From Octopus sinensis (lineage: Eukaryota): a stretch of 64,000 nucleotides of DNA. This document shows positions 49,890 through 61,375 of this stretch, piece by piece. The position numbers were made by a program, and so were the translations under genes. Under the pieces are notes generated by a model, which was given only the letters and a program-made list of their open reading frames with translations, searched no databases and had not been told where the DNA came from. Every line of letters begins with the position of its first letter. Position 1 is the first letter of the stretch. The stretch is taken from the NCBI RefSeq assembly GCF_006345805.1, contig NC_043006.1:71052001-71116000 (forward strand), in the 5' to 3' direction.

Positions 49890-52570
49890 GATAGGATGCT
49901 GCGAAGAATCATATGATTGGAAAGATCAATTGCTGATCGATAAATCTATAAATGAAGATGGGCAAAGGAAAAATATGTGTCTGAGAACGGTATGGCTCGA
50001 CTACCGGAAATCCTTTAGACTGTATTTCACTATATATGGATCCTTGAAATACTAGTGAGGAATAAGGTAGCATCAATAATTCTGTCTACTCTAGCCACAA
50101 GACCTTCAGTCTTTTTAGTAGGGGAGAGGAGGGGGGTTTGTTAGTCGATTACATCGACCTCAGTACTCGACTGGTATTTATTTTATTGAACCTCGAAATG
50201 ATGAAAGATAAATTCGACCTCGGCAGGATTTGAACTCAGAACATAAAGGAATGAAAGAAATGCCGCTAAATATTGTTAGACAATAAAGAATACCTCTTCA
50301 GGCATGACAAAATCGGGAATTACATACGTTGGAAGTTATGTTAGCACCATGAAAAGGTACGGCATACGCATACCTCAGAAAGTGAAAAGGCAACCACACA
50401 CTGGGATATGTCAATACACGCAGACAGGGCGATCAAAGTTAATGGACCAGATATTGTTATCAAGGACAATCAGGAAAAGAAATGCCTCCTAATCGACTTT
50501 TCTTATTTCTTTATTGCCTACAAGGAGCGAAACATATAGGGGACAAACAAGGACAGACAAAGGGATTAAGTCGATTACATCGACCCCAGTGTATAACTGG
50601 TACCTAATCTATCGACCCCGAAAGGATGAAAGGCAAAGTCGACCTCGGCGGAATTTGAACTCTGAACGTAATGGCAGACGAAATACCGCTGAGCATTTCG
50701 CCCGGTGCGCTAACGTTTCTGCCAGCTCGGAGCCTCCTAATCGAATTTTCTACCAGTTCGCCGCTCTGGGTATCACCAATAATAAGAAAATACACGAAAC
50801 ATGTTACGAATAAATGGCAAACAGTTTTGCAGTTACAGCCCATAGAGGAAATTATAGAAACTAAAACCATTCCAATTAAAAGAGGAATATTCTAAATGGG
50901 CTCTATCTCTTACAGTCCTTCTCTGTCCGGCGTTGATGCCTTTAACCGACATACAAAACAGAACTGGATGCGGATACAAATATGGCAAGTCTTTATTAAG
51001 TATCTTTTGCATATGGATGATCTCAAATGCTGAAAAAACCGTAAAGAATTGGAAACATTATTGCAGACAGTTCATGGATTTACCAAAAAAAAAATAAATA
51101 TGAGATTCGTCTTAGGAAAGATGTACAAAAGAACATTAATTAGTTAAGAACATTAATATCACAGCAGATAGAGAAACTGAGATAAGAGAATTAGATCAAA
51201 CACAGACATACAGATACTTCGGAATCAGTGAACTAGATAGTAAACGACACATACAAATGAAAGAAAAGATTAGGAAAGGATGTTGTAGACGAATCAGATT
51301 AATATTTAAGACAAAGCCAAATGCAAAGAATATGGAAAGTGGCATCTTGTAGCTGTTCCAGTAAAAAGTTACAATTGGACACTAAATGATCTAGCCAGAC
51401 AGGAAAACGGAAGATAACGATTGCATTTAGAACACGCCATACAGAATATGACATTGGGAGACTATATTTACCATGAATACAAGCTGGTAGGAGCCTTGTA
51501 CAACTAAAAAAAAAAAAAAAAAACTATTGCAAAAATCCACTCTCGGAATACAAAGATATCTAGTACAGAATTATGGAAAATTAATACAAATAGCTATGAA
51601 ACATGAACAAAAAAGCTTATTCTGTCTTCAAGGAAACATACAAATACGAAAGAAAAACACGACTACAGAAATCGTAAAGCAGTTAAAATCTGAATTTAAA
51701 TTGGGCCTACAGAATGGCATGATACAACAATGACAAGAAAAGGCCCCACAAGTTCAATACTAGAAAATGAAAAGAAGAGAAAGAAACCCCACCCCAACCC
51801 ACCCCACAAAAGTCAACATTAGCTGAGGAGCTTAGAACTCAAAGCATAAACCGAAGGGTTTTTGGTTGCCCTTTAGAAATCACTAAAATCATATTATGAA
51901 GCAGAATATATTGTGATGGGGAAGAAACAACCAAATTACCCCTGGTTGTCCAGTGTTAGACAATAAAGAATACTTCTTCAGATATGACGAAATCGGGAAT
52001 TACATACATTGGAAGTTATGTTAGCAGCATGAAATACCAGCAGAAGAGGTACGGTATACGCATACCTCAGAAAATGAAAAGGCAACCACACACTGGGATA
52101 TGTCAATACACGCAGACAGGGCGATCAAAGTTAATGGACCAGATATTGTTATCAAGGACAACCAGGAAACGATATGCCTCTTAATCGATTTATCAGTTAC
52201 CAATGGATGATAACGTATCTCTGAAAGAGACGGAGAACTTATCTAGATATAAAGATCTCGAAATAGAGATAACCTGAATGTGAGGCCTGAAAACAGAAAC
52301 ATTCCCTATAATTATAGGTGCTTTAAGAATGATCAAAAACATACAGACAAAGAGATAACTATAACACAAGGACATAAAAATATGCATGAAATATAGAAAA
52401 TAGCGCCGCTAGGAACCGCACACATCTTATGTAGGGTAATTTCAATACAGTTAAAACAACAAAACCAACACAAAACACTGCACATGCTGAAGGTGCACAG
52501 AGCTGCACTTGGTAGTGCCGTGAAAGCACGCAATACGGATAAGTTAACTGAATAAAAGCAATAACAATAA
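49890..52570 (+). mobile_element. Older, heavily decayed RLE-type LINE interrupted by SINEs
   Basis: KDQLLIDK..WLDYRKS at about 49920-50020, IKRGIF and HMDDLK at 50870-51030, RHD/PDIV/KYKDLEIE at 51960-52330. Confidence 0.8.
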
Positions 52571-52629
52571 TGTTCCCTTCTACTATAGACACAAGGTCTG
52601 AAATTTTGAGGGAGGGGAATAGATCGAGT

Positions 52630-54920
52630 ACCAAACTTCTGGATCAAACAGCTAGTTGATATACATGGAGATATGTCATCAGCATACAACGAAGTCATGA
52701 AAACCCCAGAAAATAGCCCAGACTGGTTGACACAGGGAGTGACACACCTAATGCCAAAAACAATGACCCAGAAAACCCAAAGAACTATAGACCAATCACC
52801 TGTCTACCAACAATGTATAAAATATCAACATCTGTAATCACTGAATGAACATACACATTCCTAGAAGAAAACAACCTACCACCACCTGAACAAAAAGGTT
52901 GTCGAAGAGGGAGCTACGGATGCAAGGACCAATTGCTCATAAACAAAATGATCCTTGAAGACTGCAAAATCAGGAAAACGAACCTGAGCACATCACGGAT
53001 CGACTACAAAAAGGCGTTCGATAGTATACTTCCCTCATGAATTCTAAAAGTGGTGGGAGTATACAAAGTATACCCAACTCTCATCATGTTTATGAAACAC
53101 AGTATGAATATATGGGAAACTACGTTGACGCAGAACCATTCCAGTGGATCAATAACAAGCAGACCAATCAAAATCAAAAGTGGTATCTTCCAAGGGAATC
53201 GCTGTCACCCTTAATATTCTGCTTGGTACTGGCACCATTAAGTACCATACTCAACAAAACCGGGTATGGATATGAGATCAAGAAGAAAAAAGGGAGTCAT
53301 CTGTTCTACATGGATGATCTGAAAATGTATTTAAAAAATGACGAACAACAAGAAGGTCTACTTGCTACGGTTAAAAAGTTCAGTGATGATATCAGGAGGC
53401 AGTTTGGACTGGAGAAATGCGCGAAAGCTACTTTTATAAGAGGCAAAATGACATATTCTGCGGATATCCACGTAGATACAGAAGCAAGAATCCGAGCATT
53501 GGACTATGAAGAAGCATATAAATACCTTGGCATAGACGAAAGTAACGGCATAAAATATTCAGCAATGAAAGAGAAGATTAGAAAAGAGTACTACAGGAGA
53601 TACGGTTAGTAACAAAGACTGAACTCAACGCTGCAAACAAAACAGAAGCCATTTACACTCTTGCAGTACCAATCGTATCTTACAGTTTCAACATAATCAA
53701 CTGGCAAATGAGCGAAATAAGGAAGCTAGACTCCAAGACCAGAAAACTACTAATCATGGTTCGAATGAACCACCCGAAAGCGGATATGAACAGGATTTAT
53801 TTAGCGAGAAGTATGGGAGGAAGAGGACTAACTCAATTAGAATTATCTTACAAAACCACCACTGTAGGGTTAAATACATATCTTGAGTTGTCAAAAGATC
53901 CTCTAATGAAGCTTGTGCACCAGCATGATAAAGTAAAGAAGCTATACTCGGTATACAAAGAATCCGTACAGTTTAAGAAACAACTGATGACGGAGGAACC
54001 TAGGATGAAGGCGAGTGGGAAAGTAACCCAGTTTTCTAAAAGAGTTAAGGAAGAGATGAAAAAACAAGCCCAGAAGAAGAGCAAAGAAGAATGGCTAGAA
54101 AAACCGATGCATGGCCAATACCCATGTAGAGTGAACAAACCCAACGTAGAAAAACGAGATACTCATGTATGGATGAAGAGCTCAGGACTGAAGGCTGAAA
54201 CCAAGGTTTTATCATATCAGCACAAGATCAAAGCTTGGCAACCAGGGCTTACCACAACAAAATAATGAACAATGACACTGATCCGAAAAGCAGAATGTGT
54301 CATGAACAGGATGAAACAGTGGACCACATCTTAATTGGATGCACAGCGCTTGCAAAAACCCAATATATTCATAGACACGATAGAGTAGCGCAATATATCC
54401 ATTGGAAGATATGGTAAATACTACCAGCTTCCAACTTCAGGAAGGTGGTACCAGCATAAACCTGAAACTGTGACCGGAAAAGATGATGTAGCAGTACTCT
54501 GGGACATGCCAATTGATACCGATAAAGAAATCAGGACAAAGATGGGAAGAATAAGAAATGTTTAATGATAGATGTGACAGTACCATCAGAGAGAAACGTG
54601 TCCATTAAAGAAGTTGAGAAGTTATTTAAGTACAAAGACCTAGAAATAGAAGTGACCAAGATATGGGGAATGAAAAGCAGCACAGCACCAGTGGTGATTG
54701 GAGCATTAGGACTAATTAAAAAGGGCCTTGATAAGCAGCTCAACAAACTCCCTTGCAGTGTTAACGTGGGAGAACTTCAGAAAATGGTGTTGCTATGTTC
54801 CGCACACATTTTACACCGTGTACTCTCCATGAGTTGAGGACCTGCTGTAACCTTAGTGTCAAGGGATGACCCCGGTTCAGCAGAAGACAACGGACCATAT
54901 CTTATTTTAAAACAACAACA
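52630..54920 (+). mobile_element. 5'-truncated non-LTR retrotransposon with RT and RLE (R4/Dong/NeSL-like), broken by frameshifts and stops
   Basis: Motifs [38 protein letters not shown], a zinc-knuckle/RHD region (CHEQDETVDHILIGC..RHDRVA), IDVTVP..KYKDLEIEV and VVIGALG. Ends in an (AAC)n-like tail. Confidence 0.9.
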
Positions 54921-55129
54921 ACAGCAATCCTTTCTACTATAGACACAAGGCCTGAAATTAGTGGACATCAGTGTTCAACAGGTACTATTTTATCGACCCG
55001 AAAGGATGAAAGGCAAAGTCGACTCCGGCGGAATTTGAACACAGAATGTAGCGACGGGCGAAATACCGCTAAGTATTTCGTCCAGCGTGCTAACGATTCT
55101 GCCAGCTCGCCATCTTAATAATAATAATG

Positions 55130-55193
<64 letters not shown>

Positions 55194-55399
55194 CAACAAC
55201 AATAACAATAATAATGATGATGATGATGATGATTTGTGTGATCAATTGAAGCTAATTCTCCACTCCACGTAATGGTTTGTTTACGAACAATTCTGAGCTG
55301 TTCTCCATTGAAAATTAAATTACATCTAAAACAGTTTTAGAGAAAGAAAATTAAAAAAATTAAGGAAAACTTAATTGAAATAAGAAAATAGGATTACAC

Positions 55400-55668
55400 A
55401 ACATGTAAATAGGTGTCCACACACGCATAGATACACACACACACACACATAAAATATACAGATGCACATGTACAAATATACAACACAGAGAGGTATATAT
55501 TACATATAAGTACCTACATATGCACACATATGTATATATGTATATATACATATAGACAATTATGTATGTATGTATGTATGTACATATGTATGTATACATA
55601 CACGTATGTATACATACACGTATGTATGTGTATATGTGTACGTGATGTGTGAAGGTATTTCTATTGAA

Positions 55669-55708
<40 letters not shown>

Positions 55709-55934
55709 GAGTATATATATACACACACACACGAGTATATATATGCTGTATATATTAATGTGTGTATATGAAAATGTATATATACATATTACATTATATA
55801 TATTCATATATATATATATATAATATTATATATATTCACACACACTCACACAAATATATGTATATATATATATATGAATATATATAATGTAATATGTATA
55901 TATATATATTTCCATACACACATTAATATATACA

Positions 55935-55990
<56 letters not shown>

Positions 55991-56042
55991 ATATATGTAT
56001 GTATATATATATATTATATATATATATATATGTATATGTATG

Positions 56043-56089
<47 letters not shown>

Positions 56090-56200
56090 CATATATATAT
56101 ATATATATAATATATATACATACACACGCATATATATATATGCATATATATATATATTATATATATATATATTATATATATATATATATGCATAGAAAGC
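55400..56200. repeat. Extended (AT)n/(CA)n/(GTAT)n low-complexity tract
   Basis: Directly visible. Similar tracts lie at 30590-30850, 46110-46280, 46795-46900, 59655-59875 and 60925-61087. Confidence 0.95.
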
Positions 56201-56679
56201 ACGTAGACAGACAGAAAAGACAAAGAGACATCTGCAAGACAAAATAGAGAAAGCCAATCTACTTCAGCAAAGGCATAACTGATTTTTTTTTCTTATACTT
56301 GACTTGGAATTGAAGAAAATAAACAACTACTTATAGAAACCACAAACTGCTGAATAATTATATTGTTAATTGGTTTCTTAATTATGTTAAATTGATGTAC
56401 ATTTAATTAGAATTCGGTTCAAAAACGAATCCATGTGAGAAACAAAAACATGATTTATAGGTACAGAGATTGTATGAAGTAAAATCATTTACACGCATGC
56501 ACACACATACATGCACACAAATATACAACCTCCTGCAAACACACAGCCACACACACAGAAACTCTCACACATACGCACATACACAATGCATACACATATA
56601 CGCGTATACATACATAATACATACATACATACACATATATATACATATATATGTTAATTTAAATATAAATATGAATATG

Positions 56680-56722
<43 letters not shown>

Positions 56723-56725
<3 letters not shown>

Positions 56726-57132
56726 ATATAAACGGCAGTTTGTCTGTGGGTGTTTCTGTGTGTCTGTTTGCTTGTACCCTCACCCTGACCACGGCTTTCA
56801 ACCGATTCTGATGAAACTTGACACACACATAGCCCAATGTCATAATTCAAAACTAACGCAGCGAAAATTTTGAAAAGTTCTCCCAGTTCTGAAAAAAATC
56901 GATAAATTCGATATGGGGTCGAGAATCAGAAACACATACCACAAACTGTTTTTTAAATCTCAAAAAAAAATTTACCATAATTCTTTTCCATTTTTTTGCT
57001 ATTTTTTGGCTATAACTCTCTAAAAATGCTTTATAGTTATTTCCCTTACAACCTGAGCAACGCCGGGCGATACTGCTAGTATATATATAAATATGAATAT
57101 GAATATTTTTATATATATATATAATATGAATA

Positions 57133-57170
<38 letters not shown>

Positions 57171-57582
57171 TATATCTATATAAACGGCAGTTTGTCTGTG
57201 GGTGTTTCTGTGTGTCTGTTTGCTTGTACCCTCACCCTGACCACGGCTTTCAACCGATTCTGATGAAACTTGACACACACATAGCCCAATGTCATAATTC
57301 AAAACTAACGCAGCGAAAATTTTGAAAAGTTCCCCCAGTTCTGAAAAAAATCGATAAATTCGACATGGGGTCGAGAATCAGAAACACATACCACAAACTG
57401 TTTTTTAAATCTCAAAAAAAAATTTACCATAATTCTTTTCCATTTTTTTGCTATTTTTGGCTATAACTCTCTAAAATGCTTTATAGTTATTTCCCTTACA
57501 AACTGAGCAACGCCGGGCGATACTGCTAGTATATATATAAATATGAATATGAATATTTTTATATATATATATAATATGAATA

Positions 57583-57620
<38 letters not shown>

Positions 57621-57982
57621 TATATCTATATAAACGGCAGTTTGTCTGTGGGTGTTTCTGTGTGTCTGTTTGCTTGTACCCTCACCCTGACCACGGCTTT
57701 CAACCGATTCTGATGAAACTTGACACACACATAGCCCAATGTCATAATTCAAAACTAACGCAGCGAAAATTTTGAAAAGTTCCCCCAGTTCTGAAAAAAA
57801 TCGATAAATTCGACATGGGGTCGAGAATCAGAAACACATACCACAAACTGTTTTTTAAATCTCAAAAAAAAATTTACCATAATTCTTTTCCATTTTTTTG
57901 CTATTTTTTGGCTATAACTCTCTAAAAATGCTTTATAGTTATTTCCCTTACAAACCTGAGCAACGCCGGGCGATACTGCTAG
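56723..57982 (+). mobile_element. Three tandem non-autonomous Helitron-like elements (about 357 bp each, period about 451 bp)
   Basis: Copies at 56723-57079, 57175-57529 and 57625-57982. Each begins TC after A and ends with the hairpin AGCAACGCCGGGCGATACTG followed by CTAG then T. These are canonical Helitron termini, with no TSD. Confidence 0.75.
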
Positions 57983-58211
57983 TATATATATAAATATGAA
58001 TATGAATATTTTTATATATATATATAATATGAATATGAATATATATATATATTTATGCACCTCTCCTTGTTTCTTTCTGTGTTCCTTTCTTTGGAAGAGC
58101 GTAGCCTCGAAACGTTAAAGACTTTTTTAATTCCCGAGCGTTATACTAATACATCTGTTTGTTTTCTACACCACCTGTCTTCGTCCTTTGCTTTTTTCGT
58201 GAATTCTCATG

Positions 58212-58270
<59 letters not shown>

Positions 58271-58275
<5 letters not shown>

Positions 58276-58666
58276 TTGTTATCGCCATATTAATATGGCA
58301 TTCTTATAGATATAAGAATAATCGCTGCCATGGTCAGCTCCATGAGGCCACCGCCATCAAGATAGCTATTGATACACGATCTGTATCCATTATAACCTTC
58401 GAACAAGGGAGGTCAGCCGCTTCACACTGCCAGTCCGACAGCTACAGACGCGTTTCGGGGTATTGCCCCTTGTCAATGTAGCGCAGTCAGACCCGCAGGT
58501 GTCGCCACTGACGTCTCTGTTCGAAGGCTTATATTTACCTAGTTTCGAAGATACAGATCGTGTATCAATAGCTATATTGATGGCGGTGGCCTCATGGAGC
58601 TGACCATGGCAGCGATTATTCTTATATCTATAAGAATGCCATATTAATATGGCGATAACAATTAAT
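58271..58666. repeat. Long inverted repeat (117-bp arms, 1 mismatch) enclosing the hammerhead
   Basis: Arms at 58271-58387 and 58550-58666; inner stem CCTTCGAACA/TGTTCGAAGG. Confidence 0.92.
58441..58482 (-). ncRNA. Minimal type I hammerhead ribozyme motif (Penelope-like)
   Basis: Minus strand reads GCTACA TTGACAA GGGG CAATA CCCC GAAA CGCG TC TGTAGC. Stem I is 6 bp, the core is a U3-A8 variant, stem II is 4 bp, GAAA is intact, stem III is the palindrome ACGCGT, and the cleavage triplet is GUC. Confidence 0.8.
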
Positions 58667-58718
58667 TTCCAGTAAACGCTGCCGTAATCTCTTTTATAGA
58701 GACTTAGTAATTTTAATA

Positions 58719-58763
<45 letters not shown>

Positions 58764-58771
58764 ATATATAT

Positions 58772-58816
<45 letters not shown>

Positions 58817-59658
58817 CACATACATTCATTCATGCATACATACATATGCATGCATACATACATATGCATGCATACATATATATAAATATACACACATATA
58901 AAGAATTATGGCTCTATTCCCTGGAGCGAAGACTGGAAAGATACGTAGTTATATCCATATGGAAGATCCAGGTGGTCTTTGGTACAAACTTTGGCTTCGA
59001 GAGTTACACCAACTGCACAGTGCCAAAGATCTCACCCTCTCTGTTTAGAGTAAGGTCCAGAAGCTTCAATATCTTGGCCTTCAAGTTCCCATGCAGGATC
59101 TACATGCAGTGGGAGTAGATGTTTTCAAGAAGAATTATGTCCTTCTGATGATTAAAATCCCAGACGAGCCTATATCGTGACAAGAAACTCAGGGCATCAA
59201 TATCAGATTCCCACATTCAACAAAAGATAACCGAATGAGAATATAAGAATAGTTATTGAACAGATGTAGTTCGCAAATAGTCAAGGTTATGCAATCAGTT
59301 GTGGGAGCATATAAATATTGTGGTAAATCCGGCCTCCGTCTTCAGGGTGGAGAGATAGGTATATACGTATGTGTATTTTATATATCTAACCCAAGCGGTT
59401 TTATTTGTTTATTTGCATCACATATCCATATCTGCTCACCTGGATTCCTCTTACAGCCACTCTTTACTCCGCCGACTTAGTCCTTGATGAAGATATCGGA
59501 GTGTAAGTTCAAACCATTTGAGCACTACTGAGAGTTTTTCTATATTGAGCATATCTGGGTCTCGTCTGTTAACTCTCTTTCAGTCTCATCTCTCTCACCA
59601 CCACCCTCTCTGTCTCTGTCTGTCTCTCCCCTCTCTTTCCGTCCCTATCTATGAATAC

Positions 59659-59736
<78 letters not shown>

Positions 59737-59737
59737 G

Positions 59738-59804
<67 letters not shown>

Positions 59805-59827
59805 GTATGTATATATATATATATATG

Positions 59828-59858
<31 letters not shown>

Positions 59859-60186
59859 GTATATATATATACATATATTTCTAATATAAGGATAACATTT
59901 TTTCCCCCAAAATTTCATCAAAGTGGCCAGCATATTAAAATACTTTTCAAGGTGAAAATATAAACAATTATAAATAAGGGCAAAAGAAAAAAATTTGCTA
60001 TGCCAATATGCTGAAAAATAGACCTTAAACCGTCTAACCACATACAATATTTTTCACTATAAATATACAGCATGTTGAAACGAGGAAAGCAAGCTAACAG
60101 AAATTTTTAAAAATTCCATTATCCCCTTCTGTTTAGATATATTTGAGAATCCTTTTGGATTAATCCAGAAATCGATCCGTGTGTGT

Positions 60187-60228
<42 letters not shown>

Positions 60229-61084
60229 CGACGGGTTTCTTTCAGTTTCCGTCAACCAAATCCACTCACAAGGTTTAGCTCGGCCCGAGGCTATAGTAGA
60301 AGAAACTTACCCAAGGCGCCACGCAGTAGAACAGCACCCGGAACCATGTGGTTGGGAAGCAAGCTTCTTACCACACAGCCATTCATACATTCAAATATAT
60401 ATGTGTGTGTGTGTGTGTGTGTGTCTGCGTGTGTATGTACACCCACATCCTGCCAACAGAATCAGACCTTTCATTCATTGTTTCTACTATAACGTATCTG
60501 ATGTGTTTTAAAGTTGCTGTAAATCCAGCGATTAAATTGGCTTAATGTTTTTTCTTCATTTTAGAAAACAGTTCTAACAATTACATCGTTTATATTAAAC
60601 CGTTTCCTTCTTTCTGTTGAATTCTTTACGCTTTCGAGAATATTTAACAAAAAAAAAAAGAAAAAAAAAAAAAAAGAAATTCCAAGTCAAGTGTTCGTTT
60701 CCAGTATTGTCTGTTTCCCTATCGAAGAAACGAGGCGAAAGTATTTGAAAAGGAAATGGAAAAGCGAAATGCACACGACCATTTGGTCGATTCGGTAGAC
60801 GAAAAAATAAATAAGTAAATAAATAAATATAATTAAAAAGTGACGCAAAACCTCAAATTCAGCTTAATCGAAACGTGCAAACAGGGTGCCATGGGAGTCG
60901 GATGGGGGATAACAATCCAGCCATACATGCATACATACATACATACATGCATACATACATACATACATACATACATACATACATGTATACATACATACAT
61001 GTATGCATACATACATGCATGCATGCATACATACATACATACATACATCATACATACATACATACATACATACATACATACATA

Positions 61085-61375
61085 CATAGAGGTCCGGTGC
61101 CTTGCAGATATAAATATCTCTTTGAAAATCAAAGAAAAAGAGGATATCTATTGACAACTGCTTCGAAACCTCCAGCTTCTATATCCAGACTATGAATTCA
61201 TATTCATACCAATAATAATTGGAGCACTAGGTTTTGCTAGTAAATGCTTAAAGGAGAATCTGGATAAACTGGGATTTTCAGAAAGAGAAATCTACCGGCT
61301 AATTCGTACATTACAAGTGCAACCTGTAAGTAGAACAGTAAAAATATGCAAGACTTTTCTCGAGTTCCAAATTTG
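61085..61375 (+). mobile_element. 3' fragment of a third RLE-type LINE family
   Basis: IEVRCLADINISLKIKEKEDIY*QLLRNLQLLYPDYEFIFIPIIIGALG..VKICKTFLEF, adjacent to a (CATA)n tract. Confidence 0.65.

Noticed and set aside
56806-56820. CTGATGAAAC in the Helitron units, resembling a hammerhead core
   Set aside because: There is no stem II between CUGAUGA and GAAA and no stem I or III partners.
56659-58060. Thrice-repeated ORF MNYDIGLCVCQVSSESVESRG...
   Set aside because: It is the antisense reading of the tandem Helitron-like unit; lengths are inconsistent and run into microsatellite.
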